Below, in pieces: positions 18,022-26,133 of a stretch of DNA of 31,359 nt (its first letter is position 1; every line of letters begins with the position of its first letter). Position numbers and translations under genes: made by a program. This stretch comes from a candidate division WOR-3 bacterium (lineage in GTDB: Bacteria > Hydrothermota > Tepidihabitantia > Tepidihabitantales > Tepidihabitantaceae). Below the pieces are notes generated by a model that ran no database searches, was not told the origin of the DNA, and worked only from the letters and a program-made list of their open reading frames with translations. The stretch lies in the NCBI GenBank assembly GCA_965649205.1, contig CBFGJV010000023.1, positions 1-31,359 of the forward strand, read 5' to 3'.

Positions 18022-18939
18022 TCAGTGAAAGAGCTCGACACCGAATCTATGCGCCATCCCTAAATTGCTGTTCAACGAACTCAGCGCATAATCCAGTTGT
18101 ACTATTCCCTTTCTTATGCCCAGACCGAACGCAGGTCGGCCAATACCCTCCAGGAATTCATAACCCAATCGGCAAGAAACAAGTCTCTGCCACTCCAACT
18201 CCACTCCGCCTCGTAACTCGAAATCGCGGTTATAGACTCCCATACCTGCGTCGGCAGCTAAATTCACGCTCAGCTGGTCGTTCAATGTCTGCCCCAGAGC
18301 AACTCCGAGCACGCTGCGGGTAGGAAGGCGAAAACGTTCGTAGAAATAGGACAGATTCCAGCCGAAATCCAATAAAGACAAACCTACAACCAGCTGCTTC
18401 AAAGGCATAATTCTTATCCCAAGATCGCAACCAAACCCCGAGGTCTGACGATCAAGCACCTTGGAATGATAGTAGCGTACGGACATACCCGCGCCTATTC
18501 TATTTTCTATCCGCCGAGAGACATTCACACGAAGGCTATGCTCATAAGGAAGAAACGTGCCAATAGGTTCTTGCGTGGGGACATCACTTCGATACTCGAA
18601 CTTGCCTGCTGAAAACCCCGTTATTCCGAATCCCAGACTGACAAAATCCAAATTGCGCACTGCTACAACAGACTGCTGACTGGCATCAAGAAGCCATGCC
18701 GTATAACTCGCACTGACTCCAAATTCCCTAACTCCCGCCGAAGCGGCCGGATTTAGGGTAATGGCCTGGGCACCTATACCCGCGGCCACACCCGCCCCGC
18801 CCATACCAGCTTCTCGCACACCGGCAACGATTCGCAAAGAAGCCATCCCTGCGGCTGCCTCACCACTCGCCATCCATAGAACGAGGCTGAGCAAAAAGAG
18901 CCCCGCTCGCTCTACCAACCTGCCCAATTCTGCTAGCAT
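18022..18939 (-). CDS. PorV/PorQ-like (UPF0164-like) outer-membrane beta-barrel protein
   Basis: Signal peptide; LRI..GVREAGMGGAGVA...AITLNPAA N-terminal motif; amphipathic strands; C-terminal RLGY...FGLG...LDYA...HRFGVEL. Confidence 0.75.
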   Translation of the reverse strand: MLAELGRLVERAGLFLLSLVLWMASGEAAAGMASLRIVAGVREAGMGGAGVAAGIGAQAITLNPAASAGVREFGVSASYTAWLLDASQQSVVAVRNLDFVSLGFGITGFSAGKFEYRSDVPTQEPIGTFLPYEHSLRVNVSRRIENRIGAGMSVRYYHSKVLDRQTSGFGCDLGIRIMPLKQLVVGLSLLDFGWNLSYFYERFRLPTRSVLGVALGQTLNDQLSVNLAADAGMGVYNRDFELRGGVELEWQRLVSCRLGYEFLEGIGRPAFGLGIRKGIVQLDYALSSLNSNLGMAHRFGVELFH

Positions 18940-18945
18940 GATTCT

Positions 18946-20067
18946 CTAGCTTTCTATAATCTCCACGTTTGCCCTGGGCAATACCATCCGCCGACCGTCT
19001 TCCAGCTCCACTTCCAGTACTCGAGCCTTTGCCTCAGTTTCGATTGTCTGCAGCTCGATCGGCAAGCTGACCACTTTCCCTATAGCCCCAAATCCAGGCT
19101 CACGTATAATTCTCACCGGCGTGCCCAATGCCAGTCCGCCCTCAACCACGCTCTGACCAATTGTTCCCTGCCCAAATTTCTGAGGCACTACTACCTCCGG
19201 ACGAATCACGCCGGCTCTTATCTGGGTTGCACCATTTACAGAAGCCCTCATCCCTTCCAAAGACTGGAGCAGGGCAAAAGACCGAGCCGCCATACGCATG
19301 CGACCAAAACCTTCAGTGATTACCAGAGTGATTCCCTTTCTCTCTGAACCCGTAATAGCCACGCCTATATCATATCCGAGAAATCGCCGTAACGTTGTAT
19401 CCTCTATGCCACCTGCTACTATCGCTCTTGCCCCATATTGAAGAGCCTTCTCAATGGCCTCATAGGTTATAAGTGCGCCGCCCACCACTACCTTGCCACG
19501 ACAACTTTCGTCTATTTCTTCGCCCGTCAAAACCTCGTCTGGCGAATCAGCCACCACATGTATTTCTCCCCGGACCTCTCCGCCCACGCCAAAAATACCC
19601 TGCAGGAGACTGGCCTCGGTTTCCACTATCACTCCTTCCCGGGGAATGACCTCAGTCACAACACCATCAATGTACGCATCTACCTGCACAGGCTGGGGCG
19701 GTTCCCGGAGAATGACCTGTCCGGTTACCGTTGAAACGCTTTCCACAATGCCCTTGACCGGAGAGCGCACCTCTGTCTTGAACAGACCGAATAGTCCCTT
19801 GGAACGAGCTATCACCTCATTCTTTTCCACCGGATCCCCGGGTCGCTTCAGCATCAAAGAGGGCAAATCCTCAGGAGGCACCCCCAAAAGTCCTCCCGCA
19901 TTTACAGTTGTTACATCCCCAGGCAGCTCTGTTCGGGCAACGATATCATCCCCCTTCACCAACTGTCCTTTCTCCACCAGAGTCTCGCCGGGCAATGGAA
20001 GCCGACGTTCCTTCCTTACAATTGTACGGCCGGTAACTTTTAGTCCAGGTGTATATGCATGTGCCAT
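18946..20067 (-). CDS. Conserved hypothetical protein with barrel-sandwich-hybrid-like repeats and a C-terminal KOW/SH3-like domain
   Basis: LVEKGQLVKGDDIVA and KRPGDPVEKNEVIA...RSPVKGIVESV motifs; GTPVRIIREPGFGAIGKV...PRANVEII; 373-aa ORF with a promoter. Confidence 0.75.
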   Translation of the reverse strand: MAHAYTPGLKVTGRTIVRKERRLPLPGETLVEKGQLVKGDDIVARTELPGDVTTVNAGGLLGVPPEDLPSLMLKRPGDPVEKNEVIARSKGLFGLFKTEVRSPVKGIVESVSTVTGQVILREPPQPVQVDAYIDGVVTEVIPREGVIVETEASLLQGIFGVGGEVRGEIHVVADSPDEVLTGEEIDESCRGKVVVGGALITYEAIEKALQYGARAIVAGGIEDTTLRRFLGYDIGVAITGSERKGITLVITEGFGRMRMAARSFALLQSLEGMRASVNGATQIRAGVIRPEVVVPQKFGQGTIGQSVVEGGLALGTPVRIIREPGFGAIGKVVSLPIELQTIETEAKARVLEVELEDGRRMVLPRANVEIIES

Positions 20068-20076
20068 AAGGGTATA

Positions 20077-20105
20077 AGCATAATTTCTTACGCAGACAAA
20101 GTCAA
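20077..20105 (-). promoter_or_regulatory. sigma70-like promoter for the hypothetical-porV-like-accA-era-dciA run
   Basis: TTGACT-17 bp-TATGCT, 9 nt before ATG 20067; no SD. Confidence 0.55.
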
Positions 20106-20136
20106 CCGCAACGACAACAATTTGGTAAGCGGCAAC

Positions 20137-22416
20137 TTAGAACCGCGCGGCTATAACTACGGGCTGCACCACAGTCTCCACGCCGCCCCCAGCCCTAACG
20201 CCTTTGAGGCTAGCCAGATAAATACCGGCAGGCTGAACCTGGCCGAGGTCGTCGGTACCATCCCAAACCAACTCATGGAATCCACCCTGTGCTTCGCGTA
20301 ATACGGTACGTACCACGCGACCCTGCAGGTCAAATATGGTAAGCGTCAATCTATAACCGCTGGGCGCATTAATCTGAATAGTAGCAACCTGTCCCAAGGC
20401 AGGAGAAAATGGACTGGGTTCAACACTTCTGATTTCCAAACGTTCGGAAGGTGGAAAAGCTCCCGTCGTATCACGGACATCTGCGTCAAATCTGGGCAAC
20501 AGCTGATAGCCGGTGGTATAAGGTGGAGTGTAAGCGTATTGGCCGACAATACCGGTGAATCGCACGCGCCTGCCCGGTGTTCTGAGATAATCCCCGATTA
20601 TCACTCCTGTATTGTCGCCAATCCGCACTGTTATGGGCGCTGAGCCATTCTTGACCAAAACATTGTATCCAGTCCCCGATCTCACCGCCCCCTGCACCAC
20701 GTCACCGACAAAAGTGATAAGATTGGACTCCATTCCTTCGCTGAGAGAAGTATTGTAAGGCAGACGTCTGGGAACAACTGGTACGGACGTCGAATCTGTC
20801 ACAAACATCGTTCCCCTTGCTATCTCGGTAAGACCATTGTACTCGGTAACCGTTCCGACTACTTCCCACTCCACGCCAAGACTGTCCAGATACTTCTCCT
20901 GAGCCGAAGGATAGGTGCATCCAAATACATTTATGCCTTGCGTCGCATCTTCAATGTACAAGCTTTTGCTTGAACCTGTGGTAAACGACGACGCCGGCCC
21001 GGTCAACCTGCCGCGTACTCGCACTATTGAATCCAACAGTTGAGGCGTAACGCCATCTGGTCCGGGACGTTGAACTCGCGCAATGGTCAACAGGGGCAGG
21101 GTCTCCACCGCCACGCTAAAATCTGTTCTATAGCGGGGCAGTATCTGATAACCGTCGTTCAAGTTTATTGTATCGGCCGCATATTGACTCTTGATGCCAA
21201 CCACATCAAATGTCAAGGGAGGAGTAGGCAGGGAAAGGCCTGGTATGTCAGTATCACCGTCCACCCGCAAAGTCACAGCTCCGGTCTGGTCTTGTACTTC
21301 GTAGTTCTGATTACCCGCCAGAACACCAGCATCACAAACAACACCAACCAGCCTGACCAACTCTCCCTCATAAGCCTCTTGTTTCATCTGGGAACAAGTA
21401 AGCACCCGAGGCTCGGGCACGCGCCTGCCCGAGGCAAGAACAGTTACAGTAGCACCAGAAATTTCCGTTTTTCCCCTGTACAGATCGACCTTACCCGTAA
21501 CTGCAACCGAGTCTCCCAAGGCCACCTGCGTCATTGTATAGCTGAAAACATTCACCCCTGCGGTCGAATCCTGCACATATATATCAAGATACTGTTTGTT
21601 GAACACACCCGAAGCCACCGTGGCCACGCCAGTAACAGTAACGGACTGCCCCAGCCGATCCGGCCGACCATCACCGTTATCGTCTCTGATTGCATCAGAA
21701 ATCTTCATGTACTGGACTGGAACACCCAGATCACCTGCCATGCGCGGCATGACCTGATAACCGCCAAAATGCGGCGGACTTGGCCGATACTGGGCGATAA
21801 CCCCTGTGAGAGCAATACTGTCGTCAGGTATGTTCATCCCCACAATCCCTGGTGCATCTGCGTCCACTCGCATCTGCGCGCTGTAGCCGGTAGCATCGTT
21901 TATGGTATAGTTGCGGTCTCCGGCAAATTTCTCTCCGGGAGAATGCTGTATGTATACGCGCTCAAATCGCACTAGCCAACCCTCATTCTCCACATAGCCT
22001 GCAGCCGTATCAATACGATCAACGAAACGCAGCTCTTCTACGCGCGGACGGGGAGTACCGACCGCCCCATGATTGACAATACTTGCAATCGGGTCCAGCT
22101 CAGCCAGCCCGTAGAAATTCTTTACGGTCCCGGTAACTGTGACACTATCACCAATACGTATGCCACCAACCTGACTCCCATAGATTGCTACCCCGCCAGT
22201 TGCGTCTTGCACATAAGCTGGACCCCAGCCGCCGAACTGACCGGCCACCGTTACCACACCGGTTATTGTAACCGTCTGTCCCAGCAAGAGTGGTATACCC
22301 TGGTTATCGTTCTGTCTCAGGTCACGAATTGGCCGAATCTGAGCCGGTGCCACGTGAAAACCCAAACCCAGAATCACTAACAACCAAATACCCCAAACGG
22401 TTATTTTTCTACTCAT
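20137..22416 (-). CDS. Secreted protein with three tandem double-OB-fold-like repeats and a C-terminal FlgD-Ig/T9SS-like domain
   Basis: Signal peptide; three copies of G-x-x-V-x-[IV]-x-G...Y[VI][QE]D[AS]T-x-G[VI]...E[GS]-x-L[VI]...YQ[VIL][ML]PR; C-terminus PSPFSP...IFDLQGRVVR...WDGTDDLGQVQPAGIYL. Confidence 0.8.
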   Translation of the reverse strand: MSRKITVWGIWLLVILGLGFHVAPAQIRPIRDLRQNDNQGIPLLLGQTVTITGVVTVAGQFGGWGPAYVQDATGGVAIYGSQVGGIRIGDSVTVTGTVKNFYGLAELDPIASIVNHGAVGTPRPRVEELRFVDRIDTAAGYVENEGWLVRFERVYIQHSPGEKFAGDRNYTINDATGYSAQMRVDADAPGIVGMNIPDDSIALTGVIAQYRPSPPHFGGYQVMPRMAGDLGVPVQYMKISDAIRDDNGDGRPDRLGQSVTVTGVATVASGVFNKQYLDIYVQDSTAGVNVFSYTMTQVALGDSVAVTGKVDLYRGKTEISGATVTVLASGRRVPEPRVLTCSQMKQEAYEGELVRLVGVVCDAGVLAGNQNYEVQDQTGAVTLRVDGDTDIPGLSLPTPPLTFDVVGIKSQYAADTINLNDGYQILPRYRTDFSVAVETLPLLTIARVQRPGPDGVTPQLLDSIVRVRGRLTGPASSFTTGSSKSLYIEDATQGINVFGCTYPSAQEKYLDSLGVEWEVVGTVTEYNGLTEIARGTMFVTDSTSVPVVPRRLPYNTSLSEGMESNLITFVGDVVQGAVRSGTGYNVLVKNGSAPITVRIGDNTGVIIGDYLRTPGRRVRFTGIVGQYAYTPPYTTGYQLLPRFDADVRDTTGAFPPSERLEIRSVEPSPFSPALGQVATIQINAPSGYRLTLTIFDLQGRVVRTVLREAQGGFHELVWDGTDDLGQVQPAGIYLASLKGVRAGGGVETVVQPVVIAARF

Positions 22417-23723
22417 TTCCTGAGTCCCTTCTCTACTTCCGCTGCCGCGGCATCTAAAGCTTCACGGGCAGACTTCTCCCCCCGCATGATGCGCTCCAGG
22501 GCTTCACCCAGAATCTTACGCCCCTCAAACCACTGCTCTGACTTAGGTTCAAAGGAAACGTAATCAAGCTGGGCCAACTGTTCCGCCAGGCCGGGAATCT
22601 CTTCTATCATTTTTGCATACTCCGGTACCTTCAACGAACTCTTACGACAGGGCACGTAGGAAGTCTTTATCGCCCATTCCGCCTGCTGTTCAGGAGCGAT
22701 AAACCACTTGATAAACTTCCAGGCAGCAGCAATCTGCTCGGGCGTACCAGTACGAAATATCCCGACGTTGGTGCCAAACGCAAGCACGTTGGGCGTCTCC
22801 CAATAGGGAATAGCAGCAATCCCCACTGGAAAAGTCATCTTGTCTTTCATAAACGCCCACGAGGCAGAAGTTCCCCATATGCAGGCAATCTTACCTGAAA
22901 GAAAATCATTCTGAGGGTCATAGCCGGTACCGAATACGGCAGATGAATCAACCACAACTAGTTCCCGCATAAACTCAGCCGCTTTGATCCCTGCCGCAGA
23001 ATTAAACAAAGCCTTACCTTCGTTCTCGTTCAGAAAGTCCCCACCCTGCTGGCGCAGCATACAACCAAACATCCATTCATTCACCCCTCCCACAGTCCCC
23101 CAAATGCCTTTCTGGCGGTCGGTCAGCTTCTTCACCATAGAGCGAAACTCTGGCCATCTGCGAGGAAATGAATCATAACCAGCAGTTCTGAGCATCTCTA
23201 TATTGTAGAAGTAAACCGGTACGGACTTGTTAAAAGGCAGCGTAACCAGCTTGCCATCCCAGGAGTTGGCTTCCAGAAAAGCCGGATAAAAATCCGCAAG
23301 TTCGTCTTCGGTCAGACCATCACTGCCCCGCACCAGTGAGTCAAGAACCACTAGCTTGTTGAGGCGGTAGAACTGCGTAGTCCAAGATTCATACATCTGC
23401 GCCAGATTCGGAGGCGCATCAACCTGCACGGCTCCCATAAGCTTTTGCGACAAACTTGAATATCCGCCCATGGAAACAAGCTCAACCTTGACGTCGGGAT
23501 GTTCTCTTTCGAAGCGAGCCACCATTTCCTTCAAAGCATCGCCCAGCGGCCCGCCCATAGCATGCCAGAAGGTTATATTTGTCTTAGCAGAGTCTCCCGC
23601 TTTTTTGCCCGGACAGCCAACGAACCAGAATAAAAGAACTACCGCAACTGCACTGATGACAAACAGAGGACTGTATCCACAAACCCTTGGATTGGCTCTG
23701 CGAAAATGACAGCGTTTCTTCAT
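22413..23723 (-). CDS. ABC transporter substrate-binding lipoprotein (sugar / glycerol-3-phosphate, UgpB-like)
   Basis: Lipobox FVGC, ITFWHAMGG, LPFNKSVPVYFYN, AAWKFIKW, TSYVPCRKS. The track's ATG 23732 overlaps the -10 box, so ATG 23723 is preferred. Confidence 0.9.
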   Translation of the reverse strand: MKKRCHFRRANPRVCGYSPLFVISAVAVVLLFWFVGCPGKKAGDSAKTNITFWHAMGGPLGDALKEMVARFEREHPDVKVELVSMGGYSSLSQKLMGAVQVDAPPNLAQMYESWTTQFYRLNKLVVLDSLVRGSDGLTEDELADFYPAFLEANSWDGKLVTLPFNKSVPVYFYNIEMLRTAGYDSFPRRWPEFRSMVKKLTDRQKGIWGTVGGVNEWMFGCMLRQQGGDFLNENEGKALFNSAAGIKAAEFMRELVVVDSSAVFGTGYDPQNDFLSGKIACIWGTSASWAFMKDKMTFPVGIAAIPYWETPNVLAFGTNVGIFRTGTPEQIAAAWKFIKWFIAPEQQAEWAIKTSYVPCRKSSLKVPEYAKMIEEIPGLAEQLAQLDYVSFEPKSEQWFEGRKILGEALERIMRGEKSAREALDAAAAEVEKGLRK

Positions 23724-23730
23724 AAATGGC

Positions 23731-23758
23731 ATTCTAGCCTTATGCCCCCGAGTGTCAA
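23731..23758 (-). promoter_or_regulatory. sigma70-like promoter of the ABC solute-binding gene (near-leaderless)
   Basis: TTGACA-16 bp-TAGAAT, 7 nt to ATG 23723. Confidence 0.75.
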
Positions 23759-23773
23759 CTTGTCAGACAAGTT
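23757..23773. promoter_or_regulatory. Perfect palindrome between divergent -35 boxes (candidate operator)
   Basis: AACTTGTC-A-GACAAGTT. Confidence 0.55.
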
Positions 23774-23776
23774 ACA

Positions 23777-23804
23777 TTGACTTTTTGCCAAGCTTGGCTA
23801 CTAT
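23777..23804 (+). promoter_or_regulatory. sigma70-like promoter of serA-DUF1015
   Basis: TTGACT-16 bp-TACTAT; the spacer contains the palindrome GCCAAGCTTGGC; SD AAAGGAG before ATG 23835. Confidence 0.7.
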
Positions 23805-23834
23805 CCCTTTCAAAGAACCCCGAAAGGAGAATCC

Positions 23835-24734
23835 ATGAAAGTCATAATTACAGACCCCATAGCGAAAGAAGGCATTAAGTTGCTGCAGGAGGCAGGTCTA
23901 GAGGTTGATGAACGGCCCGGACTTCCTGCTGAAGAACTTATCAAGGTTATTCCAGCTTACGACGCCATAATTGTCCGCAGTGCTACTAAAGTAACGGCCG
24001 AGGTCATAAACGCCGCCACCAATTTGAAAGTCATAGGTCGCGCCGGCGTAGGTCTGGACAACGTAGACAAGAAAGCGGCTGAAGCCAGAGGCATCAAAGT
24101 AGTGAACACACCTGCAGCCACCTCCGTATCCGTCGCCGAGCTTGCCCTTGGCCTGATGCTTGCCTGCGCACGTTCCATACCTCAAGCCACACAATCTTTG
24201 CGCGAAGGCAAATGGGAAAAGAAACAGTTCAAAGGTACTGAATTGTACGGCAAAACCTTAGGACTCATTGGCTCTGGCCGCATTGGCACCGAACTTGCCA
24301 AGCGGGCGGTAGCAATGGGAATGACCGTGCTAGTCTTGGACCCTTTTATCAAAGAATGTTCCTATGGAACTAAGTGTGAATTGTCCGAGCTCTTGCGCCG
24401 CGCAGACTACATCTCCCTGCACGTCCCCAAAACGCCCGAAACCACCCATATGATAAACAGGGATTCAATATCCCAGATGAAGAAAGGAGTAGTAATTATC
24501 AACTGCGCACGCGGCGGTATAGTTGACGAAGAGGCACTGTACGAAGCACTCCTAAGCGGACAGGTAGGAGCTGCCGCCCTTGATGTTTATGAATCAGAGC
24601 CTCCGAAAGACTATAAACTGTTCTCTCTTCCCAATGTCATAGGCACACCCCACATCGGCGCTCAAACCAAGGAAGGGCAGGAGAGAGCCGGTATTCAAAT
24701 TGCAGAACGTGTTTTAGAAGCGCTACGTAACTGA
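23835..24734 (+). CDS. serA: D-3-phosphoglycerate dehydrogenase, short form lacking the ACT domain (D-2-hydroxyacid dehydrogenase family)
   Basis: IVRSATKV, GRAGVGLDNVD, GKTLGLIGSGRIG, INCARGG, LDVYESEP, TPHIGAQT; next to DUF1015. Confidence 0.8.
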   Translation: MKVIITDPIAKEGIKLLQEAGLEVDERPGLPAEELIKVIPAYDAIIVRSATKVTAEVINAATNLKVIGRAGVGLDNVDKKAAEARGIKVVNTPAATSVSVAELALGLMLACARSIPQATQSLREGKWEKKQFKGTELYGKTLGLIGSGRIGTELAKRAVAMGMTVLVLDPFIKECSYGTKCELSELLRRADYISLHVPKTPETTHMINRDSISQMKKGVVIINCARGGIVDEEALYEALLSGQVGAAALDVYESEPPKDYKLFSLPNVIGTPHIGAQTKEGQERAGIQIAERVLEALRN

Positions 24735-24756
24735 CAGAAAGGGGAGTATTTCAGGT

Positions 24757-26043
24757 ATGGCTGACATAAGAGCATTCCCGGGCATTCGTTACAACCCGGA
24801 AAAAATATCTAACTTGGACGAGGTCATAACGCAGCCCTACGACAAGATTACCCCAGAAATGCAAGATGCCTACCTAGCCAGACACCCTGCCAGCTTTGTC
24901 AGGCTTATACTGGCAAAGAGCCCCGACCCCTATTCTACTTCTCGGGATCAATGCGCACAGTGGCTCAGGGATAAAACGCTCATTCAGGAAGAAAAACCTG
25001 CTATATATGTGTTACACCAAGAATTCACCTACGCGGGGAAAAGATTAACACGCAAAAGCTTCATTGCCGCATTACGAGTTGAGGAATTCTCCCGCAGTAC
25101 TGTTTTACCGCATGAATTCACGCTTTCCAAACCAAAGGCTGACCGTTTGAATCTTCTGCGCGCCACCCGAAAAGATTATGAACAAATATTCCTTCTCTAC
25201 CCCGACAGCGATAACAGGATAGAACCGCTGCTTACTGTAGATACCAAACCTATTCTTGAGGCAACTGATGAATACGGAGTTACAAGCCGGATGTGGATAA
25301 TGCACGACCCGAACCGCATCAGGGCATTGCGCCGGAAAATGACAGACAAGCAACTCCTCATTGCTGACGGTCACCATAGATACGAAACAGCCCTGACGTT
25401 CCTCAAAGAAGTGGAGCAACAGGAAAGTGTCCCCGACAATGCGGCGGTACGTTTCAAGACCGCAGCATTCGTCAATCTGAGCGACCCGGGGCTGGTAATC
25501 CTTCCCACCCATCGACTGATACACGGCTTGCAGAATCTGGACCTGAGCTCAGTATTCGCCCGCCTACGAGGAGCCTTCACCATCACTCCTGTCTCTGCCG
25601 AAATAGCCCAGACAGAGCTGGCGAAGTACAAGAACGAAATCTCCTTCGTGCTCTATGCTGGCCGAGGGAAATCCCATCTCCTGCGTTTGGCAGAACCATA
25701 TCGTATCGACCGGTTCTTCAGTTCTGACCGCAGTCCAGACTATCGCCGCCTTGACGTCTCCGTACTTCACGCCGCGATAATCGAAGGCATACTAGGCATA
25801 AGTCGCGACAAACTGGAAGAGCATATACGTTACGAAAGAGACTGGGACAAAACTCTTGCTCGAGTCGACTCAGGTGAAAACCAGCTGGCCTTCCTGATGA
25901 ATCCTACCCGGGTAGAACAAGTACAGACCCTCGCCGCAAAAGGAGAGCGTATGCCGCAGAAATCAACCGACTTCTACCCCAAGCTCCCTTCCGGTTTGGT
26001 TTTCATGGATGTGGCACCGGGCCAGGTTCTGAATGAACCTTGA
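24757..26043 (+). CDS. DUF1015 family protein
   Basis: IRAFPGIRY, PYDKI, LPHEFT, LIADGHHRYETA, LVILPTHR, MPQKSTDFYPKLPSGL. Confidence 0.9.
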   Translation: MADIRAFPGIRYNPEKISNLDEVITQPYDKITPEMQDAYLARHPASFVRLILAKSPDPYSTSRDQCAQWLRDKTLIQEEKPAIYVLHQEFTYAGKRLTRKSFIAALRVEEFSRSTVLPHEFTLSKPKADRLNLLRATRKDYEQIFLLYPDSDNRIEPLLTVDTKPILEATDEYGVTSRMWIMHDPNRIRALRRKMTDKQLLIADGHHRYETALTFLKEVEQQESVPDNAAVRFKTAAFVNLSDPGLVILPTHRLIHGLQNLDLSSVFARLRGAFTITPVSAEIAQTELAKYKNEISFVLYAGRGKSHLLRLAEPYRIDRFFSSDRSPDYRRLDVSVLHAAIIEGILGISRDKLEEHIRYERDWDKTLARVDSGENQLAFLMNPTRVEQVQTLAAKGERMPQKSTDFYPKLPSGLVFMDVAPGQVLNEP

Positions 26044-26133
26044 CGAGCCTTGCCCTTATTAGTCTGCTAGACGATGCGCAAAAAGGCAAAGGCTATTGGG
26101 GAAATGTAAATTCTAGAACTCCGCCACCTCGCC

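Noticed and set aside
988..21975. Long plus-strand ORFs 988..1692, 2376..3452, 9944..10816, 19493..20077 and 21040..21975
   Set aside because: They are antisense shadows of well-supported minus-strand genes, with no recognisable motifs or ribosome-binding sites.
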